DNA from: Antedon mediterranea
Lineage: Eukaryota > Animalia > Echinodermata
Length of the DNA: 64,000 nt
Assembly: GCF_964355755.1 (NCBI RefSeq)
Contig: NC_092676.1
Coordinates: forward strand, 29,875,499-29,939,498
Direction of reading: 5' to 3'
In this document: positions 11,811-40,928 of the stretch, one piece after another
Position numbering within the stretch: the first letter of the stretch is position 1
How the letters are laid out: each line of letters begins with the position of its first letter
Program-made: the position numbers and the translations under genes
The notes under the pieces: model-generated
What the model was told of the DNA's origin: nothing
Seen by the model: the letters and a program-made list of their open reading frames with translations, nothing else
Databases searched by the model: none

Positions 11811-14484
11811 TCATTCCCAGCACACATCATCACGCCTCAGTGTAGTTTGCAAGGTCTGTATATCCCTTAGAAGTGTTTTATTCTGACGTGGTGGTTGATT
11901 CTTCACTGTAATTGGCTGTACTCTTGACCCTTTTGTTTTGACCGTTGTAATGACCTGAACTTCAGCACTGTTTGAACTTGATGGTATTGAGACTGAAGAC
12001 GAACGACTTATGGCTCGCTTCTTTGTCTTCTTTTTACTTTCCAAGGCCTGCAATATTTTAAATGGACAAAAAAAAAAATGTTTTTCAGATTTGCTACATT
12101 GTTTGTTAGATAAAAACCAAACTTTCAAGTTAAAATCACGATTGTGAGGTATTTGCAAACTGCCTTAAAATGTCGACATATTTCTAGAAACTATTCTCAT
12201 CATCAGAACAGAAAAAACGCCTAGAGTTCTTATATACCAATTAAACATCAATGCCAACCAAGAGGACCCACTAACGCTCTGTCTACACTATCAAATTAGT
12301 TTGACAAACAAAGTGTGATGTGCCCAAATATGGTAGTGATATGATGTCATCATGTCCATATATGGGAACATCACATAAAGTTTGATAGTGTGGACAAGAT
12401 TTTACCTTTGATTTGTGCCTTTTTAATTTAGCAATCTGTTCTCCCTTGGCTTCCATTCTAATCACCAACTGCTCCAGTTCTCGTTCCAAATCTTCCCTTA
12501 AATGTCGATCATCTGTTTCCTGAATCTGACGAGCTATTTCTTGATGCTCACTAATATTTAAAATAAAAAAAGTCATTTGAAAAATTAAAGAAAATTACAA
12601 ATCTTCCAGGAAAAAGTAATACATGGATGCAGAAATATAAGGTGTACAGAAATATCAGGTGTGTAAAAATATAAGGTGTGCAGAAATAAAGGTGTCCAGA
12701 AATATAAAATGTCAAAAAATATAAAATGTCAAAAAATATAACGTGTGCAGAAATTATAAGGTGTGCAAATATATAATGTCTGCAGAAATATAACACTATA
12801 TTTTTCAATACTTACAATCCCATCTGCCCAAATTCATCTTGTAATCCCAACATAAGGTCAGCAAGGTCACTTTCTGAGGTAGACGATGATACCGATGGCC
12901 GACGATGGACCGTTCCATTAACTCGCTTCATGAGGGGGCCATTGTTACACCATGCAGGATTGTGCGTCTTCAACATTGCTAGTACACTCTGAAGATTCGA
13001 ACTTAGTGAATGGCTCGGAGTGGTTGACTGTTAAAAAGATTCATTTCATTTATTTTGCCATATAAAAGTTTCAGGAAGACATTTTTTTTTTTTTTCATAT
13101 TAACTGGTCCTTTCAACTAGAATATTGGAATGCAATGTAGGAGTACCTTTCATGTAACAACAAGGTATAATTAAGTTTAAACTTACTTTGCCAGCAACAA
13201 ATGGTAGAGTTTTAAAGTTTGCCCTGTAATGGCTTCCTTTTGTCGTTGTTGGTTTAGCTTTAGCAGGTTGACTAGATTGCACATTCCTTCGCTTCTTCTT
13301 TTTCTTTGGTTTTGTTGGTTGAGGGGGTGTGTTTGACGCTAGCATAATTCGGTTCATTTCTGTTTCTGTCTGAAGCTAAAAGAAAACATTGACAATAAAC
13401 TTATGTTTTCAAAAACTATGATTTTATATATTTTTTGGAATTACCAGGCTTAAGGCATTACCTCTGCAGCTTTTTCTTGGACCAACCTACGATGATGTTG
13501 CTCTTCACGCACCTTCTCTTCAAGCTGTTGAATTTTTTTCTGAAAATAATAAATTTTACAGCATAAATGTAATATGTTAGGTATACCTTAATTAATACAT
13601 GGGGTGGAGAGTCTGGTATATCTCAAGTTGTGTACTGATTATTATTATTATTATAAATCACTTTATTTACTTGAGTCCTTGTTTGAGTTGCCTGCAATTT
13701 CATGTTATCTCTTTCCAATTTTTCCACCTTTTCCTGGTGTAACTGTATCTCTTCAACCTCTTCTTTTTCCCTAGCATTAACGATCAGCTTCCGTTCGTGC
13801 AAGGCTCTGTTACGATCATGCTCGGAATTCTGCACCATTTTGCGCATATATTCCAGCTGCTTCTCCAACAGATTACACCTACTTTCTGCCGAGTCTAAAT
13901 GTAATTCTACTTCTGTTAAAAAAAAGTGAATAGGTTCAATCAGTTAAACTAACTATTTTTTTTTAGGGTAGAAGAAGGCATAATTATTTAGTTTCTTACA
14001 CACCCTTAGTTTGTTTAGATATCTCTGTTTGTGTCTCTTCTTTAGCCGTGTGTTCTTTCTGAAGAATTTCTTTGTATTGTGTTGTTTCCGATGCTAAACT
14101 TTTTAGGTTTTGTTCTGCTTGAGTGCGCTCCAACTCCAACTTGCGTATCTTGTCCTGTAGACCACGCAGTGCCGATATAATTGCTGTCAGATAAAAAATG
14201 AAAATGTTATACTTTATAATATGCATATCAGATGTAGGCAAATTGAAATTGTATGTTGTGCTACAGTACAGTATATATCAAAACAAATTCAGCATACTGT
14301 AACCATACTAACCACGACTTTTAGTCTCTGGCGCGGAATTGGTGTTTCTTGGCGAACGCCCTGGTGCATACTGATCGTCTAATAATGGCCGTGAGTGAGG
14401 ATATTCATTGTAAGAGGAAATAGAATCATTACGTAGAGAATAGTCCATGTCTGTGCCTAGGCCTACATGATACGATGACGGCAT
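11811..14484 (-). CDS. CEP57: Centrosomal protein CEP57 homologue (coiled-coil; centrosome/microtubule-binding). Eight coding exons.
   Basis: Exons (minus strand, high to low): 14313..14484 (ATG at 14484-14482), 14004..14183, 13671..13912, 13462..13539, 13187..13375, 12816..13027, 12406..12550, 11811..12047 (stop at 11811). All donors and acceptors are canonical on the minus strand, with phases 1,1,0,0,0,2,0. The translation matches human CEP57 as recalled from memory: [30 protein letters not shown] vs [30 protein letters not shown]; [13 protein letters not shown]; LPFVAGK; LQDEFGQM; [20 protein letters not shown]. Supported by ORF-track frames 13996..14241, 13623..13868, 13100..13357, 12283..12576 and 11811..12158. 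Confidence 0.85.
12275..12397. mobile_element. MITE, same family, in the last CEP57 intron.
   Basis: cgctctgtctacactatcaaattagtttgacaaac...aagtttgatagtgtggacaag. Confidence 0.65.
12620..12790. repeat. Degenerate 17/18-bp tandem repeat (cagaaatataaggtgtg)n x about 9 in a CEP57 intron.
   Basis: Direct reading of 12600..12800. Confidence 0.8.
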
Positions 14485-19552
<5,068 letters not shown>

Positions 19553-20672
19553 GTAAAAAACAAGCAGTCTGTGACTTAACTGAAATGTTAACTGTTACTT
19601 AGCTTCATACTAAAGACACTGAGTTGTTGCCACATCCTCCAATACCTTTGAATGTAACAATTGTTTTAATGCTACAGTTAACAGTTTCAAAAGTAAGTGG
19701 TATATTATGGGAAAACCTCATCCCAAAAAATGTTTCAATGCTAGATTTTTTTAAAGATTTTAATATCTGATTTTAATAACTGACCAAGAATGATGGAATC
19801 AAAAATGAGATGAATAAATTTAAATATTGGACATAAAAAAAATATTTTAATAAACCATGTAGAATCTTAAAAGTTTGTCCTAATGAAAGCGCCCTCTATT
19901 CTTGTTTAAGCTTTTTTTGTATTTCGTGTCCAAATATCAAGCCAGTTTTCAGCCTTTTTGATAATGTTATGATATGTTCCATGCTAATTTGGCAGTTGTA
20001 AGACAGCTCATGTTATTTGTATATTTAAATAATTTATATACATATGTGTATTAAGACTAGCGATAATGATGTATTTTAGTCGACTGTAATATATGACATG
20101 ATTTTATAAAATATAATAATAAAATGTATGCTAAACAAAAAAAATATTTATTCTACAAAAATTCGCTTACCAAATTAATGGACTAATAATTTGTAAACAT
20201 TGTAAAAATTGTAGTAATATTATTTGTAGGACTTGGAACTTAATATTTCTGCTAATAAGAACTACTTTAAACTTACTTGTACATATTAGGGTTCACATTC
20301 TGCTATTGATACTTTTCTATTGATACTTTGCTATTGATACTTTGCTATTAATACTTTGTCATACTCTTACTTGGTATACAGTAGGCCTATATGTTCTGTA
20401 GTTTAAGTTGTTTTATTTTCAATGTTGATGAATACGCGACCAAGTAAAAATTTTGTTGGTTTGTATGGAAAAATGAGTTTGTGGATAGTATTAATAACTA
20501 TCCAAGATTTGATCAACGACGACCTGGGAACTGGTGACGCCATGTTAATTCATTGTGCGCATGCAAAGACATTGAGATGTGCTTACTTGCCTGTGCAGTT
20601 GCTTCACAAAGTTTTGACGGAGTATAACATGTACAGAGGTGATGATCAACAAAACAATTGGATATGTCTAAA

Positions 20673-20770
20673 GCTCTGTCTACACTATCAAATTAGTTTG
20701 ACAAAAAAAGTTGATGTGCCCAAATATCCTGTCCATTTTTTGTCATATCAAGTTTGATAGTGTAGACAGG
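20673..20770. mobile_element. MITE, same family (short, 98 bp).
   Basis: agctctgtctacactatcaaattagtttgacaaaaaaag...caagtttgatagtgtagacaggc. Confidence 0.7.
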
Positions 20771-21332
20771 CTTTAGGTTGTCCAAATAGAAAGCTCCCTC
20801 TATGTTGAAAATTATTCAAATAATGTAATTATGTAGAAACAATTATTAATGCTTTTTGAAGTTTTTTAACAAAGTTCGTGAGTGTATGCATAGTGAACGA
20901 TGTCAATATTGTATAGATTTTCTGTTAATAATATATTGCTGCTGAGTTTATAAGTTAATAATTGTAGGAATATTTGTATGTTTGGGCGGCATTTGTAAAT
21001 AAACTAACGATGTTCTATATTTCTGATATTTTATTGTATTTTTCTTTTATTAACAGTGAATATTTACAAAGGATAACTGACGGAATATGCGTTATCTTTC
21101 GCGTTTGAAACGCAATACTATTGGTTCAAACGTATTGGTTTATTACGTTGTAAAACGCAACGTAATAAAGTTTGCCCTTCCAATATAATTGTGTTGCGCC
21201 TACGTGAATCAAACCTGCAATGTTTGCAGCACAGTTGCGTCGTCAGTTCCCACTTGTGATTATGCAATACAACACTTTGCCTCAATACGTCGCTGCGTTG
21301 CGTTCTAGTGAGAACCACGCTTTAAATAAGGT

Positions 21333-24300
21333 TCACGTACTGCTCTCTCCCGACGCCGTGCTTAATGATCGTCGTTGTCTTTGTAAATACATAGAATTAA
21401 CCAAGGTTCGCGTCGACGTTCCGGTCGGTAAACGCAATCTGGTATCTATGGGTGCTGTATCGTCTACTAATGGCTTAACATATCGTATAGCATAAATCTT
21501 AATTACAAATATACAAATTAAAACAACCCAGCAATTTAATATAAGCGCACTGGCTATGTATATACATTTCGTAAAAAGTTCTTTTTCATCAGTTACAAAA
21601 TACGGTGGAAGAAACGCCAGCAGTATGACGACTGTAGTGAAAGAACAGAAACTTAAAAATCTAGATTCGTAATAGTTATCGGGAAGGCGACGAGCCTTAA
21701 ACACAGACGCACAGCAAACAAGGATGAAGACGAAATTGTAGGCTAGACTGGTGATCACTTCGTTTATTTGGATGTTACACGCAAGCTCGATTCTTGGTGA
21801 GTCTCCCAAGACTTTGCGAGGAAGTACGTCTGGTGGATACAACAGCAACCAAACACTGGATATTATAACCTGGAAATAAATATTACAAAATTTCAGAATT
21901 AGTTGGTTAGATCAGGGAGTTGTAATTACAACTCCCTGGGTAGATCATTAATTGAAGGTTTGCATGGCGAAATCAATATGTTAATATAAAGTTTGCGGTA
22001 CAGCCCTACATCTTGTTCTGCAAAGAACTGCTAAAGTTCCTCGACGTTTCGATTGTGCTCTAGAGCAACAGCGATCTACAGTACATCACCAGATCATTGA
22101 GTGACATTAATTATAACACGAAAGTGTAACTTCTTTTATTATTGAAATTTCAGGAAAAGGGTTCTTGTTTATTAATATTTCTTATCCATGCAAAACATAA
22201 ATAATTGGTTTAATACCTGTATAGAAACAACAATCAGTAAGATTCCAAGTTGTTTCGGTCGTTGGATTAGTTTTGGATTTTCTGTTGAATCTGTAGCAAA
22301 TGCAACCGAAAATATTTTCTGAAGTCTAATACTCTTTAGAGCCATTGATGAATACATTAGGCAGCCTCCGATGGCGGGTAGAAGCCTTGCCGCCGCACAA
22401 ACAGTCTCACTGGGTTTAACAGCAAACGTTATTGTAGCTACCAACACTATTGTCTCACCAAATAAAATGAGATAATTTAGAAGGGGCTCAGAAGTTTGAA
22501 GAATCTGCTCCTTTCGGTAGAAAATGAAGAATATGAGTACGATTAAAATGCCTACAAGTCCGATCGATGCCGTTATAAGAATCAGAGAACCAAGATGGCT
22601 TCCCCAACTGACATAAACTTCCTCCAGTACAAGACATTCCATATGCGTGTTGTCAGGACCAGTTGACCCGTTACATTTCCAGCATTCCTTGTCATTATCA
22701 GGATCTACAATTGTGTCGTCAATACATGCTTTACATTCCCAACAACATCTCACTCTTTCGTAAATCAATACAGTTTGAAATCCGGCTGGACATGTCTCAC
22801 TACATTGGGATTGTGGGATCGACCCGTTTATCGATGATTTCACCGACCAAGTAATGTCATCATTAAAATCAGAGAAGCCGTCTGTAGTAGTCCATGTTCC
22901 CACAGGGTAAGCGCGTAACTTCCCAACTACGGCATCACGTTGGAAATAACTCATCCTGTAACGCCCCTGGATGTCTCCGTGTGAATCGAACTCTATGCGC
23001 CCGTTAACAAGACTGTCAAAAGATGTTCTTCGTAATTCTTCCAGCAAGATGTCACCTGGCACCTGTTGCATTATTTCAACACATTTGTTGTTGGTCGGTT
23101 TAGTATCGTGACAAAGTGAGCTTTGTATGCTGTGCAGTGCGTAAGCGAACGCGTATACGCTATCCATCACTAAGGTATCGTGTGAATCAGTGTCGTCCTC
23201 ATCAATGCATGACGTCATTGAGCAATTTTTTTCGTAATACTCAGAAAACCAAGGATTGTTTGACGTTAATGGAGTAGTTGAGATAAACGATAAATCGAAA
23301 GCCCGTAATCGTTCTGAATACGGTACCATCGTGAACGATCCTTCTGCTGCAGCTTCGTGTTCTACAATGCCTTTAACTCCAGCATTCCCAATGGCGTCAC
23401 TTGCGATCCATATAAAAACACCAGTGGCATTGAGACGCTCTACAGCATCAAATACAGCGTTGGCCGTTTCTAAGTCTAAGAACAATACCACCGCCACTGC
23501 ACCTCTGTCTAAGAGTATTTGTACTATCTGCTTCATGTTACTATCAACTGATACAGCTTCTTCGACTGCTAAACATATTTGATCTGCTGATTGTTTCTGG
23601 AACTCGCTGTAGCCATTGCGCCCGTAACTGTCATCAGAGTACAGAATAGAGACGTATGTCCAGTTGAAGTGGAGAACCAGATCAATCATGGCAGTCACCT
23701 ACGAAAAATCAAATATTAAGGCAAAATTAAAACAAACACTAACGAGTGTAGAATGTTTCCATTTATAAAGATTTGTTTCAACTAAGACGCAGCGCAAGGA
23801 CGACGTAAGCGCAAGGATGACGTAAGCGCAAGGATGACGTAAGCGCAAGGCACAAGCACAATTAATTAAAGTGTACAAAATATTGAAAGAAGAGCAAATA
23901 AAATGTGTAATATGTAAAGTATAATTATACGCGCTAAAATCGACTTACCTGGAATCTATCAGGCGGTACAGTCCTAAGAAAATACTCATACTTAATCTTG
24001 TCGCTAAGTTCATCACTGGTTGACAGGTAGCTAATCTGAGGAACGTTGAATAGACCCAAAGTGGTGGCTGCCTGAATACTGCTACTACTCCTCTGAGCAC
24101 CAATCACACCAGAAATATTACGGAATTGTGTACAATCTGTTGGTGGTGGAGCTATACAACTCCCAACACATGTCTCTTGTTCGTTTACATGTTCCTGATC
24201 TAGCACAAAGTTAACACTTTCCCCCAAAGCTACCGCATCATAGTAACATGTATCTCTGATATCAAATCCTAGTTTTATTCCAGGTAACATTTTTAAGTCT

Positions 24301-24539
24301 TTGTTTATTTTATCAACAGCGTACACTAATGCCTCGACTCGTTTGATGTATGGAACGGCTAAAATGCCTTCACATTCACCACTCGTCTCGTTGTATTCAT
24401 GAACTGGCATCAACGCCCCAAGAATCAAGTCACCGTCTACAAAATATCTATCTGTTGAAGATGATCTTGCCAAGCAGAAGAGAAGCACCAAGTTGAAAAC
24501 GTTCATCAACATATATTTAGGCATGGAAGATTGAAACAT
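21333..24539 (-). CDS. Class C GPCR (metabotropic-glutamate/calcium-sensing-receptor-like). It has a signal peptide, an ANF-receptor-type ligand-binding domain, a 9-Cys domain and a 7TM_3 region. Three coding exons.
   Basis: Exons (minus strand): 23949..24539 (start MFQSSMPKYMLMNVFNLVLLFCLA...), 22217..23698, 21333..21869 (stop at 21333). Junctions are CCAG|gtaagt...ttttcgtag|GTGACT and ATACAG|gtatta...tttccag|GTTATA, all phase 0. Motifs TVPPDRFQ|VTAMIDLVLHFNWTYVSILYSDDSYG are typical of the mGluR Venus-flytrap lobe-2 region. The Cys-rich domain is CSETCPAGFQTVLIYERVRCCWECKACIDD...CWKCNG. The seven hydrophobic helices include TM4 split by the second intron (LGILLIVVSIQ|VIISSVWLLLYPP). Confidence 0.8.
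22217..23698 (-). CDS. Class C GPCR large exon (Venus-flytrap C-lobe, Cys-rich domain, TM1 to TM4).
   Basis: Part of ORF 22172..23698. A donor on the minus strand at 22217/22216 (ATACAG|gtatta) precedes the in-frame stop of the raw ORF. Continuing into the 21869 acceptor restores a full 7TM. Confidence 0.75.
23793..23850. repeat. (gacgtaagcgcaagga)x4 microsatellite in GPCR intron 1.
   Basis: Direct reading. Confidence 0.9.
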
Positions 24540-25861
24540 GGCGGATACGTTTAATTACCAAATGTGAAGTCTATGTTGTATTTTTAAGTAACTGATCTGG
24601 AGGAGACAGCATAATTAATGAAAATAGTTATCTTGTTGACACAATCATCGATAGTCTATTATTAGGTCAGTTAATTAATAATTAAACATTCGACATTCTG
24701 TTGAGCATATGACAAATTCTCATCAGCTGTCAATCCAGTCCTCATACCATTGAGTTCCTGTATACAATAACAAAGTATAGTATATAAATGAATAAGTCGA
24801 ATATTTTATATATTTTTATGGCCGACTTCTGTCGTAAACGACAATGTCAATTAGTCTTACATTCATTTGAATGATGACTAAAAAGCCAGGACTGTTTAAA
24901 TCAGTTTGGCTGGTCCCAACATTGACCAAGGGCTTCTCTCGTCTCCAGTTCCCACATTAACCAGGAGAGGCATAGGCCAATGCGTCTGAGGCAGATACTA
25001 GTCGAATAACGGTTTAAATATTACAAAGCCTCGCAAACAGTATATTAAGCCTACTGGTGTGTCCCAACTTACAAACTTTAAACCCCTTTAAACAATTTGG
25101 AACAAACCTGTCTACTAAAACTATAATAGAGGCATCAAACCTTTACAGTTGCAACCGTTTTACCTTTTCATTTAGGCCGTTGGAAATTGATTTAAAGTGA
25201 AGATACTGATAGACCTAGCTAGACAAGAACGAACTTTGTTTTGCGATTGGTGTTATATGGATGTGGGCATATAGAATGTTAACACTCAAAGTCCAGTAGA
25301 TATATTGAGTGAGTAAACTTTGCTTTATTCTATATTACCTAAGTCTATTTAAATAATCTAAATCAGACTGATAACAAATTGATAACGTTTGTAATTACTT
25401 AATGATCATTATCGGTAGATTCGGAAACATTTGATGACAGATTAACCCTTAACCCATTGAATAACAAAATAAATAATTAAATAAAATATAGTTATTGAAT
25501 AATAGTTTTTCAAAATTGTTATGTCTAATAGTTTACAACTACGACGCTCTGTACAATTTGAAACCGAAGTCTCCTATGTAATATTTATCTATATAAATGT
25601 ATGAAATATATTTTCCTTGTTTATCTTCAAAGAATGAACATTTTGAAAGGAAAGGGAAAAGGTTTGTCCATGGAGGTATAACATTTATTTGATTACACGG
25701 CCTCTGTTATGGTGCCGTTCGAAATAACAGTGACAAAGATTTCGTGGTTGGTTGAACATTATGGGTATGTCTGTTTTGTTATTCAAGGTTTTTGGACATT
25801 GAAAACTTAATTCATTAGATTTTCAGATTAGTACTGTAGTAGACACTGGTGAGAAACGAAC

Positions 25862-29054
<3,193 letters not shown>

Positions 29055-30757
29055 TTTTTTTTAATAGAGAGAAAATAAATAATTGTAATGGATCATTTGT
29101 TTAATTAACTTACACATTTTTCGAAGTAGGCCTACAATAACAATATAATTAACACCCGTGAAAGATATGAGAGGCGTAGTAACACCACCGGCGAATTGAT
29201 TTCATAGGCCTTTTGTATTGGACTGGACTAATAATTAATAATATTTAATATCAATTGTTTAAAGCTAAGGTACAGGCATGAATTTTAAATATAATATTTG
29301 GTTAATTGTACATAAATCAAATATTTGTAACAGAAATCAAGATGAAAAAACATAAATTTCCCGTAATATGGTCAAATACAAAATTTGGCAAAATTCTTCC
29401 ATAAAAACCATGATAATTTTTTTTCAGTAGTTAGTTAGTTAACCTAATGTAATAACATGTCTGGTGACTCCCTAGACGGTGAAAAAAGATGGTGGATATA
29501 CAGTGGATATTTTTGCTATAGCATGAAAATAAAAATCTGAAGTTGAATAAAAATATCAGAAATGTAATATTTAAGTTATATTACCTATATTTAGTCATCT
29601 GATAACATTTTTTACCATACCGTTTATTTTTCATAGCTTTTTAAAACGCCTCTCTATTTACAAAATTTGTGTACAAAAGAATAGAGATTTTACTGTGTAA
29701 TTTGAACTATCCCCCCACTGATTAGAAAGTGCTTATTTTCAACAAGCTTGTGTAACCCAAATAAACTCCCAAAAATTATGAAACATAGGGGAAACTATAG
29801 ATCGATAATTATTGGAATGTATGATCAATAGAAATTTTTTGCCCGCACCTGGCCTTTAATCTACTACATGATTTAGTTTTTCTTATTCAATCCACGATAG
29901 GCGGTCTATTTGTAGAGGTATTTTATACTAATTATGTTTTATTATTTTTGATTACACTAACGTTATGTTTAAAGATGTATTGTCCCTTTGACTAATTCCA
30001 AAAAAATAAAAAATAATAGATTTCGAAAAAAGGTGGGTCATTTTGAAGTATCATAATAGTTATTAGGCCTAACTATCACCAAAACATTTTCGGGAAAAAA
30101 AAAATTTAACTGAAATACAGACGTTTTTTTGTTTAAAAAATAACTTTGACTTCCAGTCAAAGTTTTCAATCAAAACATATCCCATAATGAAACGCGCTTG
30201 TTTGGCTACTCTGTATGCATAATCATAAAACTTCCTCTCATGATCTGTGTAAAAATACCTTCTTAACCGTGACGAGTTGTAAACAATCCTAATTTAGCAT
30301 ATGCATAATGCGTACTCATGGTTTGAAATCTTTGTTTACTTTCGCTCGTAACGATTTTCCAGATGAAATGTAATCAAACTAATTTACCTGTTAATTACGT
30401 AAACTTGTTGTTTTTGGCTCAAATTTTCGACTTAAAGTGAATAACTTTAATATTACTTTGATATGGCCACTTTAAATTTAGAATATTTTGACCTTCATTT
30501 TTTTGTGTTTCAAGGGACAATACATCTTTAATTTTGATATGAAAATGCAAAATAAAACTCAATAATAAATTTGTGAATGCGTTTATTTATTGCGCTTGAA
30601 ACGAGAAACGATTTTTACCTGACGCGTTTTTAGCCGTGATGACGTTCACTGTTGATTACTTCATATAGAAACGTACACGTGTTGGACGTACCTGGGAAAA
30701 CCTTCTGCAGAAAAGGTGGCTGGACAATCAAAACATATCAATTAATTTACAACTAAA

Positions 30758-33022
30758 ATGTCAATCTCTACGCCATTGTCACTTTTAGGAAAGGTTGCGA
30801 TTATAACAGGTATGGTATCAAATATTAATTATACTAAATAGGCTATGAATATTAGTAGATGAGTAATTTAAAGCCTAGGCTAGGCCTTGCCCTTGTCAGC
30901 TAGAGACTAGAGAGGCTAGGCTAGCTCTCTCGTCTAGGTAGGTCCAGGCCTATATATATATATATATATATATATAAGCCTAGCAAGTAGATAAGTCACT
31001 TATTTAGGCGATGTGGATCAGCTTGGATGGGCTGTAGGCCTAGCCTTGTAGGAGTAGGCATACTGTGTAACTAGTCTAGCAGGTTAGTTAACCCTGTTAA
31101 TAAATTCATTTATTACAGGTGCAAGCTCAGGAATTGGCGCAGCGACAAGTGTTCTGTTCGCGAAGCTTGGCGCCAAGTTAGTTTTAAGTGGCCGACCAGA
31201 AGATAACTTTGAAGAAACTGATAAAAATTGCAAACAACATGGCGCTGAGGTATTGTAAAAGGGAATCCAATCTTTTTCAATTTTTGGTAATAGCTCCATT
31301 AAATAAATTCATGCTGGCAGCAGAGGGTTGTAAAATATTATTATTTTATAACTCCCTGCTGCAGGTTCAAAGTCATAAAATATATTTGAAATATGTCAAT
31401 TACATGTTACACTTACAGCCTTTGATTGTACCTGGTGACGTAACTAAAGAAGCTGATAACGTGGCATTGATAGAGAAGGCAGTTGAACACTTTGGAAAAC
31501 TTGACATATTGGTATGTAAAAACTCTTGTAACCAATGCCATGTTCATTACCTCATCTTCAACATTTTTTTAAATATCAAGTTTATCATTTGTATTGCAGA
31601 TAAACAACGCTGGAATATTGTTATTGGGAACTATAGAAACGACTAGCTTACAAGATTTTGATCATGTAATGAATACAAATGCCAGGTAAGGCAGGAGAAA
31701 ATGTTGAAGGGAGATGTGTTTTGCTTGAATAATATGGTAAGAGTGAGAAAGAAGGGAGGAGGGCCTGGTTGTTAAGTTGCTTGTACATCTCTGACTACAC
31801 TATCAAACTAGTTTGACAAAAAGTGTGATGTGCTTAAATATGGTAGTGATACGACATTATCAATATCACTGCTTTAGGCAGTATAAGTAGCATGGAGGAT
31901 TACTCTGCTAAGCGCTGTCTAGACTATCAAACTATATTGACAAAAAAATGTGCCCATATATGGACATGATGATGTTATATCACTACCATATTTGGGCACA
32001 TCACACTTTTTTGTCAAACTAGTTTGATAGTGTAGACAGAGCTTAAGAAGGCATTTTTTCAGTTTATTGCGAGAATGGCACAGGATCCATGACAATAAAT
32101 TATTATATTACTGATAAATGTTGATAAATTTAAATTTGTTGTATTCCAGATCTGTATTTCATTTGACATCACTTGCAGTACCTCACCTAATTAAAACCAA
32201 AGGAAACATTGTGAATGTGTCCAGTGTCAACAGTATAAGATCGGTAAGGTCAAATGAACATTAATGTAATTTATAAATGTTTAATCTGTCCAAAAAAAAA
32301 CTTCAGATAAATACATAATTGTTTTTTTGATAGTTTCCAGGTGTGCTTGCTTACGGGTCATCCAAGAGTGTTATAGACCAGGTGACACGTTGTGTAGCTC
32401 TTGGTAAAAATACCTTTTAAATTATTTTTGTAATTATTATTATTCATATAAGTAATCTTCAATTATTATTTGGTAATTTCAATTTTTTTTTTCAGAAATG
32501 GCATCAAATAAGATACGAGTGAATTCTGTCAAGTAAGTATTTAATTGTATTTAAATTTTTTTTTTTTTGGTTCAGTATAGTATTTAACATCAGGGAAAAG
32601 TTAAAACTTGGCTGTTTATTGTTTGATTTTATTTGTGTTATTTTTTCTCTTGTTTCAGCCCTGGAGTGATTATAACAAATATTCAAAGAACTGCTGGATT
32701 TACTGAAGAACAATATGCTGCTGTGAGTATAAAAATACTTCTTTTTTCTCAACATCATTAATTCAAGTCAATATACTACTGTATTACAACAACTACAGTG
32801 TTATTGTGCACTATATCTAATAGTACATAACAAATACACTAACATTTTAAATTCTTTCCATAGTACCTTGAAAAAAGTAAAACAACTCATGCACTGGGTC
32901 GAGCTGGTGAAGCAGACGAAGTGGCTAACGCTATTGCATTCTTAGCGTCGGATGCAGCGTCGTTTATTACTGGTGTCAATCTTCCTGTAGATGGTGGTAG
33001 ACATGTTATGTGCCCACGATAA
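30758..33022 (+). CDS. SDR paralogue B. It has the same 9-exon structure as A, with a one-codon deletion in exon 4.
   Basis: Exons: 30758..30809, 31119..31249, 31419..31511, 31600..31685, 32149..32242, 32334..32403, 32496..32532, 32659..32722, 32864..33022 (TAA). Same phases as copy A. Protein [61 protein letters not shown]... Confidence 0.85.
30951..30977. repeat. (TA)13 dinucleotide microsatellite.
   Basis: tatatatatatatatatatatataa. Confidence 0.95.
31790..32043. mobile_element. Two MITE copies of the same family in SDR-B intron 4 (partial at 31790..31870, complete at 31910..32043).
   Basis: ..ctctgactacactatcaaactagtttgacaaaaagtgtgatgtgc.. and agcgctgtctagactatcaaac...gtcaaactagtttgatagtgtagacagagc. 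Confidence 0.7.
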
Positions 33023-33516
33023 AAAGAACAAAAATATATATTTTAGTTATCCACAGGGTATATTTGTAAAGATCAATAATATTATATACAGATACTAGTG
33101 TGTGTATATTTAAACGAAAAACTTTCTCATAATAATAATATTTATTATTAATAATATAATTCTGTGGCCAAAATTATAACATTTGTGATCTGGAAATGAA
33201 GTATAAAAAAGTTATTTGCATGCCATCAATAAAAAATTTGTATAAAATACAAAATTGAATATTTTCTTTCTTTATAATAATTGGTGATGTGGTACTTGTT
33301 GGAAACGTGTGGTACATTTGAAACTACTGTATAAGAACAATTTTAGTTGACGCATTTTTCTTAGTTTGAAACGAGAAACAAATTTAGTTGACGCATAGTA
33401 TGATCTTTCGCTCGATCGCCTGCCGTTCTTTTTTAAAGAAGGACGGACGCACACACCTGGATTTCAGCCAAAATAAAACTTGAAATTCACATAAATTTTT
33501 AATAACAGTTTGTAAG

Positions 33517-40659
<7,143 letters not shown>

Positions 40660-40928
40660 AAATGAACACTTAGTAAAATATATTGAAGTTTTTAAAATCA
40701 TGCTACAGATGGATTCATTATAAATGATGGTATTTATAAAATTAGACATGATGTGCCCATATACAGTATATATAAAATTAGACATGATCTGCACATTTAA
40801 ATGGAATGCTTTATTCTGGTATTTGATCAGTAATGTAATTTATCAATTAACAACAACATAAACAATTATTCAAAAATATATTCTTTGCAATCCTTTACAG
40901 TTACTTTACTTAGTTGATTAGCACTAAG

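Noticed and set aside
20422-20757. ORF 20422..20757 (111 aa) downstream of FAM76.
   Set aside because: Its 3' third is a MITE copy (20673..20770). There is no homology or splice context, and it is probably non-coding.
19553-21060. The exact 3' end of FAM76, with a candidate micro-exon at about 19675..19690 (LTVSK).
   Set aside because: After exon 19517..19552 I could not find a phase-consistent terminal exon matching the human C-terminus with confidence. I left the gene open-ended rather than invent coordinates.
21333-21848. ORF 21333..21848 (171 aa, MLLYPPDV...) as an independent gene, and the 22172 stop as the GPCR C-terminus.
   Set aside because: The ORF lacks its own start context. An acceptor at 21869/21870 in phase 0 continues TM4 from the exon ending at 22217 and supplies TM5-TM7. 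It is the terminal exon of the class C GPCR.
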